Positions 13,340-25,999 of a stretch of 50,834 nt of DNA are shown here, in pieces. The stretch comes from Welwitschia mirabilis. Lineage: Eukaryota. Below the pieces are notes generated by a model that saw only the letters and a list, made by a program, of their open reading frames with translations, was not told the origin of the DNA and did no database searches. The translations under genes and the position numbers were made by a program. Numbering within the stretch: position 1 is the first letter of the stretch; each line of letters opens with the position of its first letter. The stretch covers positions 49,814,659 to 49,865,492 of the forward strand of contig JBOZIK010000001.1 of assembly GCA_051453625.1 (NCBI GenBank). The letters run 5' to 3'.

Positions 13340-15100
13340 TTCGATGATTATTGAAACAATTAGAAAGAAGGAAGATAAAAAGGAAAAGATACTAAACCTT
13401 AAAATTTTGGATATGCTTGAAAATGAAGATGAATATTTATTTGAAGAAATTCCTAAATTATTTAGAAAAGTTATTCATATATCCAAACTGTTACTTGAGA
13501 ATGCATATAAAATAGGTAGGAAAAAAATAAAAAAAGAGATATTATTATGATGTTTAATAACCTACATCGCTAATAAAAAAATTTGATCAAGTTGTAACAA
13601 TATCAAAGGAAAGGAAATTTATATTAATAAAGATCTCATTAGAAAATTATTTTCTAAAAGGGTGGAGAAGTGGTAGAAGATGGAGAAAAGATGGGTAGAA
13701 GGAAGTATTTCCTACTTAAACATAAGAAACATGGGTGTTATTCATGAAAATAATAATCCAAAAAATGCATAATAAAATTTAGCATGATTTTTAGATATTA
13801 ATGGTGTATTGCAAGAAAGTGATTGCTATAAATGGTATATAATTTTTTGATCACTTTGATGTTTTGGATTTGCAAAACGTCGGAGGATGAAGGACTTTAA
13901 ATTTTCTTTATACTTAATTTTATTAAAATATCTATCAAGAATGAAAAATGTTTTCATTTGGAAAGAGCATCAAGTAAAGAAGCTTGTATCTACCACTGTA
14001 GTTTAGGTAGTTAAGTAAGTTATACAAATTAATAAGCATCACTAATATACGAAGCTTTGAATCACCCTAGAATTAAGTAAGAGTTTCCTTGCATTTATCA
14101 TTTTACTTTAAGATATGCTACTCTATATGATAAAGAATGGTTGAATAGAAGTTATCCATTTTAGTATTTAAAAGAAGACATTTTTAACTTTACTACCAAT
14201 GGAAAAAATTTTGTAGTAATTATTTTAATGAAATGCATGCAAATAGCAACTTTGTATTTTAGGGATTAAAGTATTTTAGAGGAGTACATTTTACAAGAGT
14301 GTTGNNNNNNNNNNNNNNNNNNNNNNNNNNNNNNNNNNNNNNNNNNNNNNNNNNNNNNNNNNNNNNNNNNNNNNNNNNNNNNNNNNNNNNNNNNNNNNNN
14401 NNNNTACTTTATATGATAAAGATGGTTGAATAGAAATTATCCATTTTAATATTTAAGAGAAGAAATTTTTAACTTTACTACCAATGGAAAAATTTCTGTA
14501 GTGATTATTTTAATGAGATGCATGCAAATAGCAACTTTGCATTTCAGGGATGAGAGTATTTTAGTGGAGTACATTTCACAAGAGTGTTGGCATCAATATT
14601 TATAAGATTCCACCATTAACTAAATGGTCCTATATTTTTTAGAGTGGGCATTAAGTTTTATATTTACTAATTATAAATGGTATTAATAAATTTCTAGGTT
14701 TAAGAGCCTTTGATTTTACAAGTGGTTAAGGATATTTAGCATTAAGTTTTTTAACATTAATGTTAATAGTGCTAAAGAAATTTCTAGTTTCTGGGTTGGA
14801 TCAAAACTTATAAAGTCTTCACATTATCATATTAAGTTTATTATTAGCTATATGAAAGCATTGCTAAACAAAAGAGAAAGAAATTACAACATCAAATTAT
14901 GGAGTATCATGAACAGGAATTTTGTGAAGAATTGAAATGACAGTTATAAGGGAGAAGGATTATCATGCAGTCGAACCAAGTTTTACAACAAACATCCATA
15001 AAAGTTACTATAAATAAAAGAAGAATAGTTAGAAAGTGATTATTCAATTAGAAAGTATTCTCAACATCAAGAGGTCATAATTAAAACCTACAGCAATAAA
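13340..15100 (+). pseudogene. Decayed TE-associated ORF(s) with possible Ulp1/peptidase C48-like motifs
   Basis: IKGKEIYINKDLIRKLF (~13600-13650); TLYDKEWLN then (frameshift) EVIHF at 14120-14162, resembling WLNDEVINF; SYIF*SGH*VLYLL at ~14625-14670, resembling the P....HW.L catalytic-His motif. Catalytic Cys motif not found. Confidence 0.35.
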
Positions 15101-16899
15101 AAGACATAGTGGATTTGGTTTTATAAAAGTAAACACTTCCACATGATATAGAAAAAACCAAAAAGATGTTTGAGTCTATTACANNNNNNNNNNNNNNNNN
15201 NNNNNNNNNNNNNNNNNNNNNNNNNNNNNNNNNNNNNNNNNNNNNNNNNNNNNNNNNNNNNNNNNNNNNNNNNNNNNNNNNNNTTTAAGAGACTTTGCTT
15301 TTACAAGTGGTTAAGGATATTTTGACATTAATTTTCTTAACATTGATGTTAACAGTGCTAAAGAAATTTCTAGTCTAGGTTGGATCAAAACTTATAGAGT
15401 TTCGCATCATCAAATTGAGTTTGCTATTAGCTATACAAAAACATTGCTAAGCAAAAGAGAAAGAAATTACAACATCAAATTATCGAGGATCATGAATAGG
15501 AATTTGTTGAAGAAGTGAAATGATAGTTATAGAGAAGAAGGATTATCATGCAGTCGAACTAAGTTTTACAACAACATCCATAAAAGTTATTAGAAATAAA
15601 AGAAGAATAGTCAGAAAATGTTCATTCAATTAGGAAGTATTCTCAACATCAAGAGGGCATAACTAAAACCTACAACAATAAAAAGAGGTAGTGGATCTGG
15701 TCTTATAAAAGCAAACACTTCGACATGATATAGAAAGAACCAAAAAGATGTTGGAGTCTACTACAACATTCAAATAAACTAGTGCATCCTTTCCTTCTTG
15801 AAGAACTCCATTCCTTTTTCGAAAAACTACTTGCTCAAACACATTGAATATCCAGCATTAGTGTCGCATTATCCTCTTCTATAATTTTTTAAGGTTGTTA
15901 TTTTTAAAGGTCCATGTTGGTTTTTTAAAAAACAAAGATAAATACATTTTTTAAAAGAAAAAAGAAATTTTCTTTTGTTTTGTTTTTATGTTTGTTGGCA
16001 AGGTTATGCCCAACCCTATCAACCTGCGACTGCCATTCCTGCACTGATCTGCATCACCCATGTTCGCTTGTGCTTTGGATCTACAGGTTTCTCGCTGACC
16101 CCCCTATGTAATGTTCATTATTGACTATGTCCACAAAACTCACTATCCTGCACTCTTGTTATGCTCAGCTAACCCCGTCGCATTGCTTGGCCACCCACAC
16201 TCGACCACCCTATCGCACCACTTGGCCACCTATTCTCCTGTGTTTTGTCACACTTTACTAACTGCCTTGTATGTTTCTGCCACTTTCTGAGTGCTACCAC
16301 TTGTGCACTCTTCCTATCGTGCATGCCTCTGGTATGTCTATAGCTCTTGCCTACATTCGTGTCCCAGTGTTAATCATAGCCTACTTTTGACTTTCTTAGG
16401 TTCTTGTGCCTATTTCCACACCTGTTGTTGATTACGGGACCTCTCATGTTGTCGATCTCTCCTAGTGGCCCTGCCTTTATTTACCACGCATGCCCCTTAT
16501 CATTGCTTGCTTTACTTATGTGCTGCTTCCACTGGTAGAATCTTTTATTACTGCCTGTTGGGCTTTCTCTGTTACATAGCCAATCCGCATGTTGCTTGAT
16601 GCTTGATGCTTCATTGGATCCACTTCTACTGCCATTGCTATAACCTTCCTGCGCTGCCTAGCTACAGCTTACCCACTATGCTACTTTGCTATCAAGCTGA
16701 ACATGTCACCGTTGTGTACCACACTACTGCTTCCTATTTTGCTTGCTACCTCTCCCAGTCTGTGCCTCTGTCATAGCCTGCTATTTCATCTATGTATAGC
16801 GTTCAAACGTGGTGCATGTAACAACTTTATTTTTTAATGTGCTTTGCATGTGGTTTAAATGCTAATAGCTACTTCGCATAGCAATGAAGGCATTAATTT

Positions 16900-19405
16900 T
16901 TCATCCTCTAGGTGGTAGATTTGATTCTAGGACTTGTGAAAACCAAATTTTTAGAAAATTTGTAAGAGCTCTATGCAAATGTGATCTGTGTTAGCTAACT
17001 TCTGTATTCATGCATACACATGATTTGTGCTAAGCCATTGCTCAGCCATTACTTAGTTCTACATACATGTACCTTAGCTAGCCATTGTCCAGCTTTTAGT
17101 TCATTTTTATGCACATGCACAGTTTTGTGATTTTTTTATTTTTTGAGCTTTTTAAGACCTTTTTTGAGTGTTTTGTTTTTTTTGTTTTTTTTTTTCTGAA
17201 GTTGCAAATTCAAAACTCAATTTTTATCATCAAAACAAGTTGAGATATTGAGAATGATCCATAAATTTGTTTTTTTTAAAGCTCTTTTGTTTACCTTTTA
17301 ATCTTTTTTTTGCATTCTTTTTGAGTTTTTTTTTGAGATTTTTTAACATTTTTCAATATTGTAAGCTAAATATCTCTCATCAAGTTAAGTTGAGATGTGA
17401 AGTAAAATTCCTTGACTTGATTTATTCCCTTTATATTATACTATTCTTGTGATTTAGATAANNNNNNNNNNNNNNNNNNNNNNNNNNNNNNNNNNNNNNN
17501 NNNNNNNNNNNNNNNNNNNNNNNNNNNNNNNNNNNNNNNNNNNNNNNNNNNNNNNNNNNNNACTACCTGTTGGGCTCTCTCTGTTACATAGCTGATCCGC
17601 ATGCTGCTTGATGCTTGACACTTCACTGGAGCCACTTCTACTACCACTGCTATAGCCTGCCTGCACTGCCTAGCTATAGCCTATCCACTATGCTGCTTTG
17701 CTGCTAAGCTGAACATGTCACTGTTGAGTACCACATTGCTGCTTCCTATTTATGCACACGCTTAGTTTTGTGACTTTTTTTTTTTGTTTTTTGAGCTTTT
17801 TAAGCCCTTTTTTGATTTTTTTTTTAAGTTGTGAATTCAAAACTCAATTTTTGTCATTAAAACAAGTTAAGACATTGAGCATAATCCATAAATTTGATTT
17901 TTTTGAGCCTTTTTTTTGTTTTTTTACTTTTTAAGCATATTTTTGCATTCTTTTTGAGTTTTTTTGGGATATTTTTTAACATATTTTAATATTATAAGCT
18001 AAATCTCTCTCATTAATTTAAGTTGAGATGCGGAGTAAGATTCCTTGACTTGATTTCTTTCCTTTCTATTAGACTATACTTGTGATTTAGATAGATTAAG
18101 CTAAGTTAGACAGTGAGCAAGATTTGCTTAGCTTAATTATACCACAATCAATTCCTTTTGCTATGTGTTAGTCTTTTGCTTTCTTCTCACATAGATAATT
18201 TTATTAATCCTACTTAGGTTAATTCATAAAAAGGGAAATTACCTTTCACACCTTAAACACTTAATGCTTTTATTAGCAATAAGTTTTAGTTGGCAGGGAA
18301 CATATGGAACCTTACATAGATAGAGATCTGTGTCAGGCTTTATGTTACCTTCTATAGCTTATTGTGTAGTTTTAATTACCATAATTGTGAAGCTTAGGCT
18401 ATACAGAGAGTTGCATCTCTCTTAAGCAAAAATATCTTGGGTGCCCTAAGGTCTAGATTCCCATGTACACCTTGGTAATCGAGAGTATATTAGCTAAAGA
18501 TAAGAGGCATAATGATAGGATCTACTTGGATTTCATCACTAAAGGATACAAGTTTNNNNNNNNNNNNNNNNNNNNNNNNNNNNNNNNNNNNNNNNNNNNN
18601 NNNNNNNNNNNNNNNNNNNNNNNNNNNNNNNNNNNNNNNNNNNNNNNNNNNNNNNTTCTATAGCTTATTGTGTAGTTTTAACTACCATAATTATAAATCT
18701 TAGGCTGTACAGAGAGTTGCATCTCTCTTAATCAAAAATATCCTGGGTGCCCTAAGGTCTAGATTTCCATGTACACCTTGGTAATCGAGAGCATATTAGC
18801 TAAACATAAGAGGCATAGTGGTAGGACCTACTTGGATTTCATCACTAAGGAACACAGGTTTAATAAAATCTTAAATTTATTGAGTCTAAGGCATAAGTAG
18901 GTCACCAATATTTTAAGGTATTCTCCCTTAAGGGGTATATAGATGAGGTAACCGAAACTAGCCAACAACTTAAATNNNNNNNNNNNNNNNNNNNNNNNNN
19001 NNNNNNNNNNNNNNNNNNNNNNNNNNNNNNNNNNNNNNNNNNNNNNNNNNNNNNNNNNNNNNNNNNNNNNNNNNNAAGGTTGAAGGCACAATGACAGAAT
19101 ATACTTGGATTTCATCACCAAGGGATATAGGTTTTATAAAATTTAAAATTTATTAGGTTTAAAATATAAGAAGATTGCCAACATTGCATGTTCTTTTCCT
19201 TGAAGGGGGTATATAGCTGAGGTAACTAAAACAAGCCAACAACTTAAATGCCCCACCGAGGTGATTCACAGTTTTTCTTTTTACTCTCTTAGGAGATAAG
19301 GATATCTTGAAGAGCATGTGATCACTAATGAATTTGGAAGAAGACTTTAAAATTAACAATTTCAACATTTTTCATCACCTAATAATTAATTTAGACCCCC
19401 TACAT
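16900..19405. mobile_element. Probable non-coding LTR/UTR relic of a Ty3/gypsy-type element
   Basis: T-run-rich block, an internally repeated CTACTTGGATTTCATCAC unit, and a minus-strand TGTAGGGGGTCTAAATT LTR-like start at ~19403. No coding domain seen; classification is by appearance only. Confidence 0.3.
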
Positions 19406-19899
19406 TAAAATCTACCTCACTCACATTATGAATTTTTGAACATAATATTTTTATCTTCTTTCTCATGTGTGCAGGTTCTCACTAGTTAGAGGGGGTTTTC
19501 TTGGTTGTCATACTTTGTGGTTTGAATAAAACACTTGGATTTTTGGGCTTGATTTCCTTTTGTTATGAGTATAACTCTCCATCATAACATTTTTTATGTA
19601 TTTTCTTCTATGCCATTGTGACTTGGATAGATCACTTGAAGCTGTGGATAAAATCAAGAATCTTTTTCTTGTGATTATACCATCTTATAGTCCTTTCTTT
19701 TTCTTATATCCTTTTTAGGTTTGATGATATTTCTTTGTAATGAATAGATCATTTTCAATTGTGGATGTGAACAAGATCTTTCTAATTTTTTACTTTACCT
19801 CACAACTTGTCAACTCTCTTCTCTTTTTCATCCTTTTTCAATGATGGCATGTTTGGTATCATCTTCAAAGGGAACGTTTGAGTGATTATTAGAATCTTT

Positions 19900-22800
19900 T
19901 ACAACTGTTCTTACCACTGGGATTATGACAAACATCAAAGTTACTCTTTAGGATGATCAGTTATGTAAGGTTGACATTAAGATTTCATGTCAACTATGCA
20001 GATTTATGGTTATGAGAAGGATTTTTTAACCCATGCTCATACACCTCTTTAGGATGCAGCTAAAGAAGCTACTTAGTAAGATATTGATGAGAAATTGATA
20101 GAGNNNNNNNNNNNNNNNNNNNNNNNNNNNNNNNNNNNNNNNNNNNNNNNNNNNNNNNNNNNNNNNNNNNNNNNNNNNNNNNNNNNNNNNNNNNNNNNNN
20201 NNNNNNNNNNNNNNNNNNNNNNNNNNNNNNNNNNNNNNNNNNNNNNNNNNNNNNNNNNNNNNNNNNNNNNNNNNNNNNNNNNNNNNNNNNNNNNNNNNNN
20301 NNNNNNNNNNNNNNNNNNNNNNNNNNNNNNNNNNNNNNNNNNNNNNNNNNNNNNNNNNNNNNNNNNNNNNNNNNNNNNNNNNNNNNNNNNNNNNNNNNNN
20401 NNNNNNNNNNNNNNNNNNNNNNNNNNNNNNNNNNNNNNNNNNNNNNNNNNNNNNNNNNNNNNNNNNNNNNNNNNNNNNNNNNNNNNNNNNNNNNNNNNNN
20501 NNNNNNNNNNNNNNNNNNNNNNNNNNNNNNNNNNNNNNNNNNNNNNNNNNNNNNNNNNNNNNNNNNNNNNNNNNNNNNNNNNNNNNNNNNNNNNNNNNNN
20601 NNNNNNNNNNNNNNNNNNNNNNNNNNNNNNNNNNNNNNNNNNNNNNNNNNNNNNNNNNNNNNNNNNNNNNNNNNNNNNNNNNNNNNNNNNNNNNNNNNNN
20701 NNNNNNNNNNNNNNNNNNNNNNNNNNNNNNNNNNNNNNNNNNNNNNNNNNNNNNNNNNNNNNNNNNNNNNNNNNNNNNNNNNNNNNNNNNNNNNNNNNNN
20801 NNNNNNNNNNNNNNNNNNNNNNNNNNNNNNNNNNNNNNNNNNNNNNNNNNNNNNNNNNNNNNNNNNNNNNNNNNNNNNNNNNNNNNNNNNNNNNNNNNNN
20901 NNNNNNNNNNNNNNNNNNNNNNNNNNNNNNNNNNNNNNNNNNNNNNNNNNNNNNNNNNNNNNNNNNNNNNNNNNNNNNNNNNNNNNNNNNNNNNNNNNNN
21001 NNNNNNNNNNNNNNNNNNNNNNNNNNNNNNNNNNNNNNNNNNNNNNNNNNNNNNNNNNNNNNNNNNNNNGTAGCAAATTGCAAAAAGAAGATTGCACTTA
21101 TTATGTCAACTTGATCTGTTGTATTTAGAAGAATCCTCTTTACATAGTTATATTATGTCACTATATAATAGTAACCAGCTGAATAATATAACTTTTAATA
21201 TGCTTAGTAAGGATCTCATTTTCACTAAAGCTCAATTTAACTCCATGGGATCTTCTCCCTATGATTCTGCATGTAAAGTTTCTCATTCTCATGGCCTTCT
21301 TTCTCAACATAAATAGTTTGCCAATAAATCCCATCCACAAAAAGAATCACATTATGAGTAGGGTAAGGCTCAACAGAAATAGCAAAATAAAAAGCCTAGT
21401 TAGACTCAATAAAAAAAGAAGTAAGTTTAGAATACTACTAACTCTAAGAAGAACAAATATCAGTTATCATGATGTAGAAGACAAGGTTATAGCATAGACA
21501 TCTATAAGATATCTTAGGACAACATAAAGTTTATACCGAAGGTAAATGTAATTACTAAAAAATCTGATTTCTGTAATGATGTTAAAAATTTTGAGTTAAA
21601 AATAGTCTTTGACAACTTTAACTTTGTTAGTATGAGTGAGTACATACCTCATGATAAGATTTGAATTCTTGACATATGTGCAACTCGTCATATGACTTAT
21701 CAACATGATTATTTAGAAGACTTTTTTGAAGTATGAAGTTAGGTTTATTTGGTAGACAAAATCCTAGATCTTGTGGAAGTTTATGATTTGGTTACCCTTA
21801 GCTTGACATCGCTCTCTCTGTAGACTCTTTCTCATATTTTGTATGTTCCTTTTTTAATGTCACATCTTCTCTCGCTTTTCACTCTATACGCCAAGATCAC
21901 TTTATTTTCATGATAAAGCACTCAGTGTATATTTAGAATGAAAATCAATACTTGGCTATGAAAGGCTATATGAATGGACAACTTGTTTGTCTTCATGGTT
22001 GTATTAGAATATGCAATATTGCTTGTATAGTTTCCCAAGATGAGCTCTCTCCTTCACTATTGTGGCATGCTCAATTAGGATATCCTACTGCTTGTACAAT
22101 CAATGCAATGTATGAGAATGGCCACTAGCTTCTTCTATCCATTCCACTAGATTTTCCTCAGTATGAAGCATGTCTTATGGATAAAGCAACCAAACAAAAG
22201 TTTGCACTAAGTAAATGACGTGTCGATCACAAGCTTTTAGTTATACACAGTGCTCTATGTGAACTTATGCCAGTTTCTACTCTCCACAAATTTTATTATT
22301 TTTATCTCCTTCATTGATGACTAGTCCTAAATAACTTGGGTATACTTCATAAAATCCAAATCTCAGACTTTGAATATTTTCAAAAAGTTTAAAACTAAAG
22401 TAAAAAAGGAAGTCAAGTATTAAATTAAAAGTTTTCATACAAGTAATGATGGCGAGTACATATCTACCTAGTTGAAGGACTTTCTCACTTTTGAAGGGAT
22501 TCAACATTCAAAGATCTTTCCTGAGGCACGTCAACGAAATGGCATTGCTAAGTGATTTACTTATGCTATCACAGATGTGACATGTTTCATGATGCATTTT
22601 AATGGTTATAAGGCCTATCTTTGAGGTATTGGTCAATATACTAAAAAAGGGGTATCTCCAGCTGAAAAGTGGTATGGATATAAGCCAAAGTTGANNNNNN
22701 NNNNNNNNNNNNNNNNNNNNNNNNNNNNNNNNNNNNNNNNNNNNNNNNNNNNNNNNNNNNNNNNNNNNNNNNNNNNNNNNNNNNNNNNNNNNNNTCATGG

Positions 22801-25800
22801 CCCTCCTTCTCAACATAAATAGTTTGCTAATAAATCACGTTCACAAAAGGAATCGCATGATGAGAAGGGTAACGCTTAATAGAAATAGCAAAACAAAAAG
22901 CCTACTTAGAATCAACAAAAAAAGAAGTAAGTTCAGAATACTACTAACTCCAAAAAGAACAAATATCAGTGCTCATGATGTAGAAGATAAGGTCATAGCA
23001 TAGACATCTATAGGATATCTTAGGACAACATAAAGTCTATACCTAAGGTAAATACAATTACTGAAGAATCTGATTTCTATAATGATGTTGAAAATTTTGA
23101 TTTAAACATAGTCTTTGACAACTTTAACTTTGTTAGTATGAGTGAGCACATACCTCATAACAATATTTGAATTCTTGACGCATGTGCAACTCATCATATG
23201 ACTTATCAACATGATTATTTAGATGACTTTATTGAAGTGCCAAGTCAGGTTTATTTGGTAGACAAAACCCTAGTTCTTGTGGAAGGCTACGATTTGATTA
23301 CCCTTAACTTGACATTGCTTTATCTATAAACTCTTTTTCATATTTTGTATGTTCCTTCTTTAATGTTGCATCTTCTCTCGCTTTTCTATTTGTATGCCAA
23401 GATCACTCTATTTTCATGACAAAGCACTTAGTGAATATTTATCATGAAAATTAATACTTGGCTATGAAAGACTACATGGCTGGAAAACTTGTTTGTCTTC
23501 ATGATTGTATTAGAATATGCAAGATTGCTTGTACATTTTCCCAAGATGAGATCTCTCCTTCACTATTGTGGCATGCTCAATTAGGATATTCTATTGCTCG
23601 TACGATCATTGCAATGTATGAGGATGGCCACTGGCTTCTTCTATTTATTCCACTAGATTTTCCTTAGTGTGAAGCATGTCTTATGAATAAAGCAACCAAA
23701 CAAAAGTTTGCACTAAGTAAATAACATGTCGATCGAAAGCTTTTAGTTATACACAGTGCTCTATGTGGACCTATGTCAGTTTCTACTCTCCACAAATTTT
23801 ATTATTTTTATCTCCTTCATTGATGATTATTCCTAAATAACTTGTGTGTACTTCATAAAATCCAAATCTCAGACTTTGAATCTTTTCAAAAACTCTATAA
23901 CTAAAGTAAAAAAGAAAGTTTAGTATCGAATTAAAAGTTTTCATACAAGTAATGATGGCGAGTACATATCTGCCTACTCGAAGGACTTTCTCACTTTTGA
24001 AGGAATTCGACATTTGAAAATCTTTCCAGAGACACCTCAATAAGATGGCATTGCTAATCGATTTACTTATGCTATCATGGATATGACATGTTCCATGATG
24101 CATTTTAATGGTTGTAAGACCTATTTTAGNNNNNNNNNNNNNNNNNNNNNNNNNNNNNNNNNNNNNNNNNNNNNNNNNNNNNNNNNNNNNNNNNNNNNNN
24201 NNNNNNNNNNNNNNNNNNNNNNNNNNNNNNNNNNNNNNNNNNNNNNNNNNNNNNNNNNNNNNNNNNNNNNNNNNNNNNNNNNNNNNNNNNNNNNNNNNNN
24301 NNNNNNNNNNNNNNNNNNNNNNNNNNNNNNNNNNNNNNNNNNNNNNNNNNNNNNNNNNNNNNNNNNNNNNNNNNNNNNNNNNNNNNNNNNNNNNNNNNNN
24401 NNNNNNNNNNNNNNNNNNNNNNNNNNNNNNNNNNNNNNNNNNNNNNNNNNNNNNNNNNNNNNNNNNNNNNNNNNNNNNNNNNNNNNNNNNNNNNNNNNNN
24501 NNNNNNNNNNNNNNNNNNNTGTTCCATGATGCATTTTAATGGTTGTAAGACCTATTTTAGGTATTGGTTAATATACCAAAAAATAGGTATCTCCAGCTAA
24601 AAAGTGGTATGGATATAATCCAAAGTTGAATCATTTTCATGTTTTTAGTTACAAGTGTTGTGTTAATATTCCACATGAACATCGTGAAAAATTTGAAGTG
24701 CATGCTTGCATCGACACCTTTGTGGGATATCAACTGACTAAAAGGATTATTGAATGTATCTCTTAGAGCATTATAGGATGATTATTTCTTATGATATTAT
24801 CCTTTTAGAGACCTCAAATAATGATTGTCAACTTGGTACTTTAAAGCTTTGTCTTTCTTCTAACACAGTAACCATCTTGGATGCTCAATATCCTATGATG
24901 AAGGGGGAAGATGTGGTTGTTGATCATGCCTTAGATCCTTCTATTAGTATGACTTCTTTGAAACCTATAAAATTGAGCAATTTGATGGTTTAAGCATACT
25001 TAATCATGGTTCTAGTAGCAATTTAGTAGTTCTCTAACTAGAGGAGTTGATATTACCTAGAGATAACATCAAAGTACTTGGTTATATTCTACTTTTTAAT
25101 GTGTTCATGATGATGAGAAAGGTAAAACTAGAACTAGACATGGCTTACATAGATCTTATGATGATGATGACGACGAGCTCCACTTGACTTTTGATGGTGA
25201 ACCAACCTCATTTAAATATGCTATTCAAGATGCTCATTGGATAAAAGATATGTAAGAGGAATATGATAGTCTTATTGAAAATGCTTAAGATGAGCATTAT
25301 CTAACAAATAGATTTTTTGTAATAAGTATAATGTGGATAACAACCTTAGGCAACATAAAGCTCATCTTGTTGTTATAGGCCNNNNNNNNNNNNNNNNNNN
25401 NNNNNNNNNNNAAGTCTTTACTCGAATAGAAAAATGGTCTAACATTAAAAATAGTGATTACCTTAGTAGCACAAAAAGAATGACAGTTTCATTAATTAGA
25501 CATAAAAACTCCCTTTTTCCATGAAAACTAAAAAGAAGAAATCTATATGATGCAACCAAAGGCAAAGAACATAATGCATGCAGATTGATCAAAATCTCTA
25601 TATGGGCTAAAACAAGCACTGAGAGCTCGGTACATAACACTTATAAATTATTTAAGTTCCACTAGATTTAGATTATGTGATTATTAAGATGTGGATGCCA
25701 TGTTATTCATAAAATCTGATGGGCACAAATCTACATACATAGTGGTAAATGTAGATGATAGGCTGATAACCAAAAGTGATGAAGAAGATTTGAAAAGAAC

Positions 25801-25940
25801 CAAACTTAAGTAAGGCATTCAAGATTTCTGATTTGGATTGGTTAGATTTTACCTAGGTATAGAAATTATTCAGCAAAAGAATGGAATCTTCTTAACACAA
25901 AAGAAGTACATCAGAAGTCTGATCTGAATGTTCAAACTAA
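19900..25940 (+). mobile_element. Decayed Ty1/copia gag-pol, truncated in RT; partly present twice
   Basis: Zinc-knuckle relic CS*CRR*GHSIDIY (~22970-23010); protease *ILDACATHHMT (~23170); LLWHAQLGY; integrase HSALCGPM, SNDGEY, PETPQ*DGIANR; RT EPTSFKYAIQDAHWIKDM*EEYDSLIEN (~25200), LIKSLYGLKQA, VNVDD, FYLGIEI. Confidence 0.88.
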
Positions 25941-25999
25941 GGTTTACAATGTGATAAGAATAAAGAATTACTTTAGAGAAATAAAATTTAATTTTGGGA

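Noticed and set aside
22277..24103. Repeated minus-strand ORFs (76-106 aa) as a duplicated gene
   Set aside because: They are antisense to the copia integrase region and recur only because of the haplotype-like duplication.
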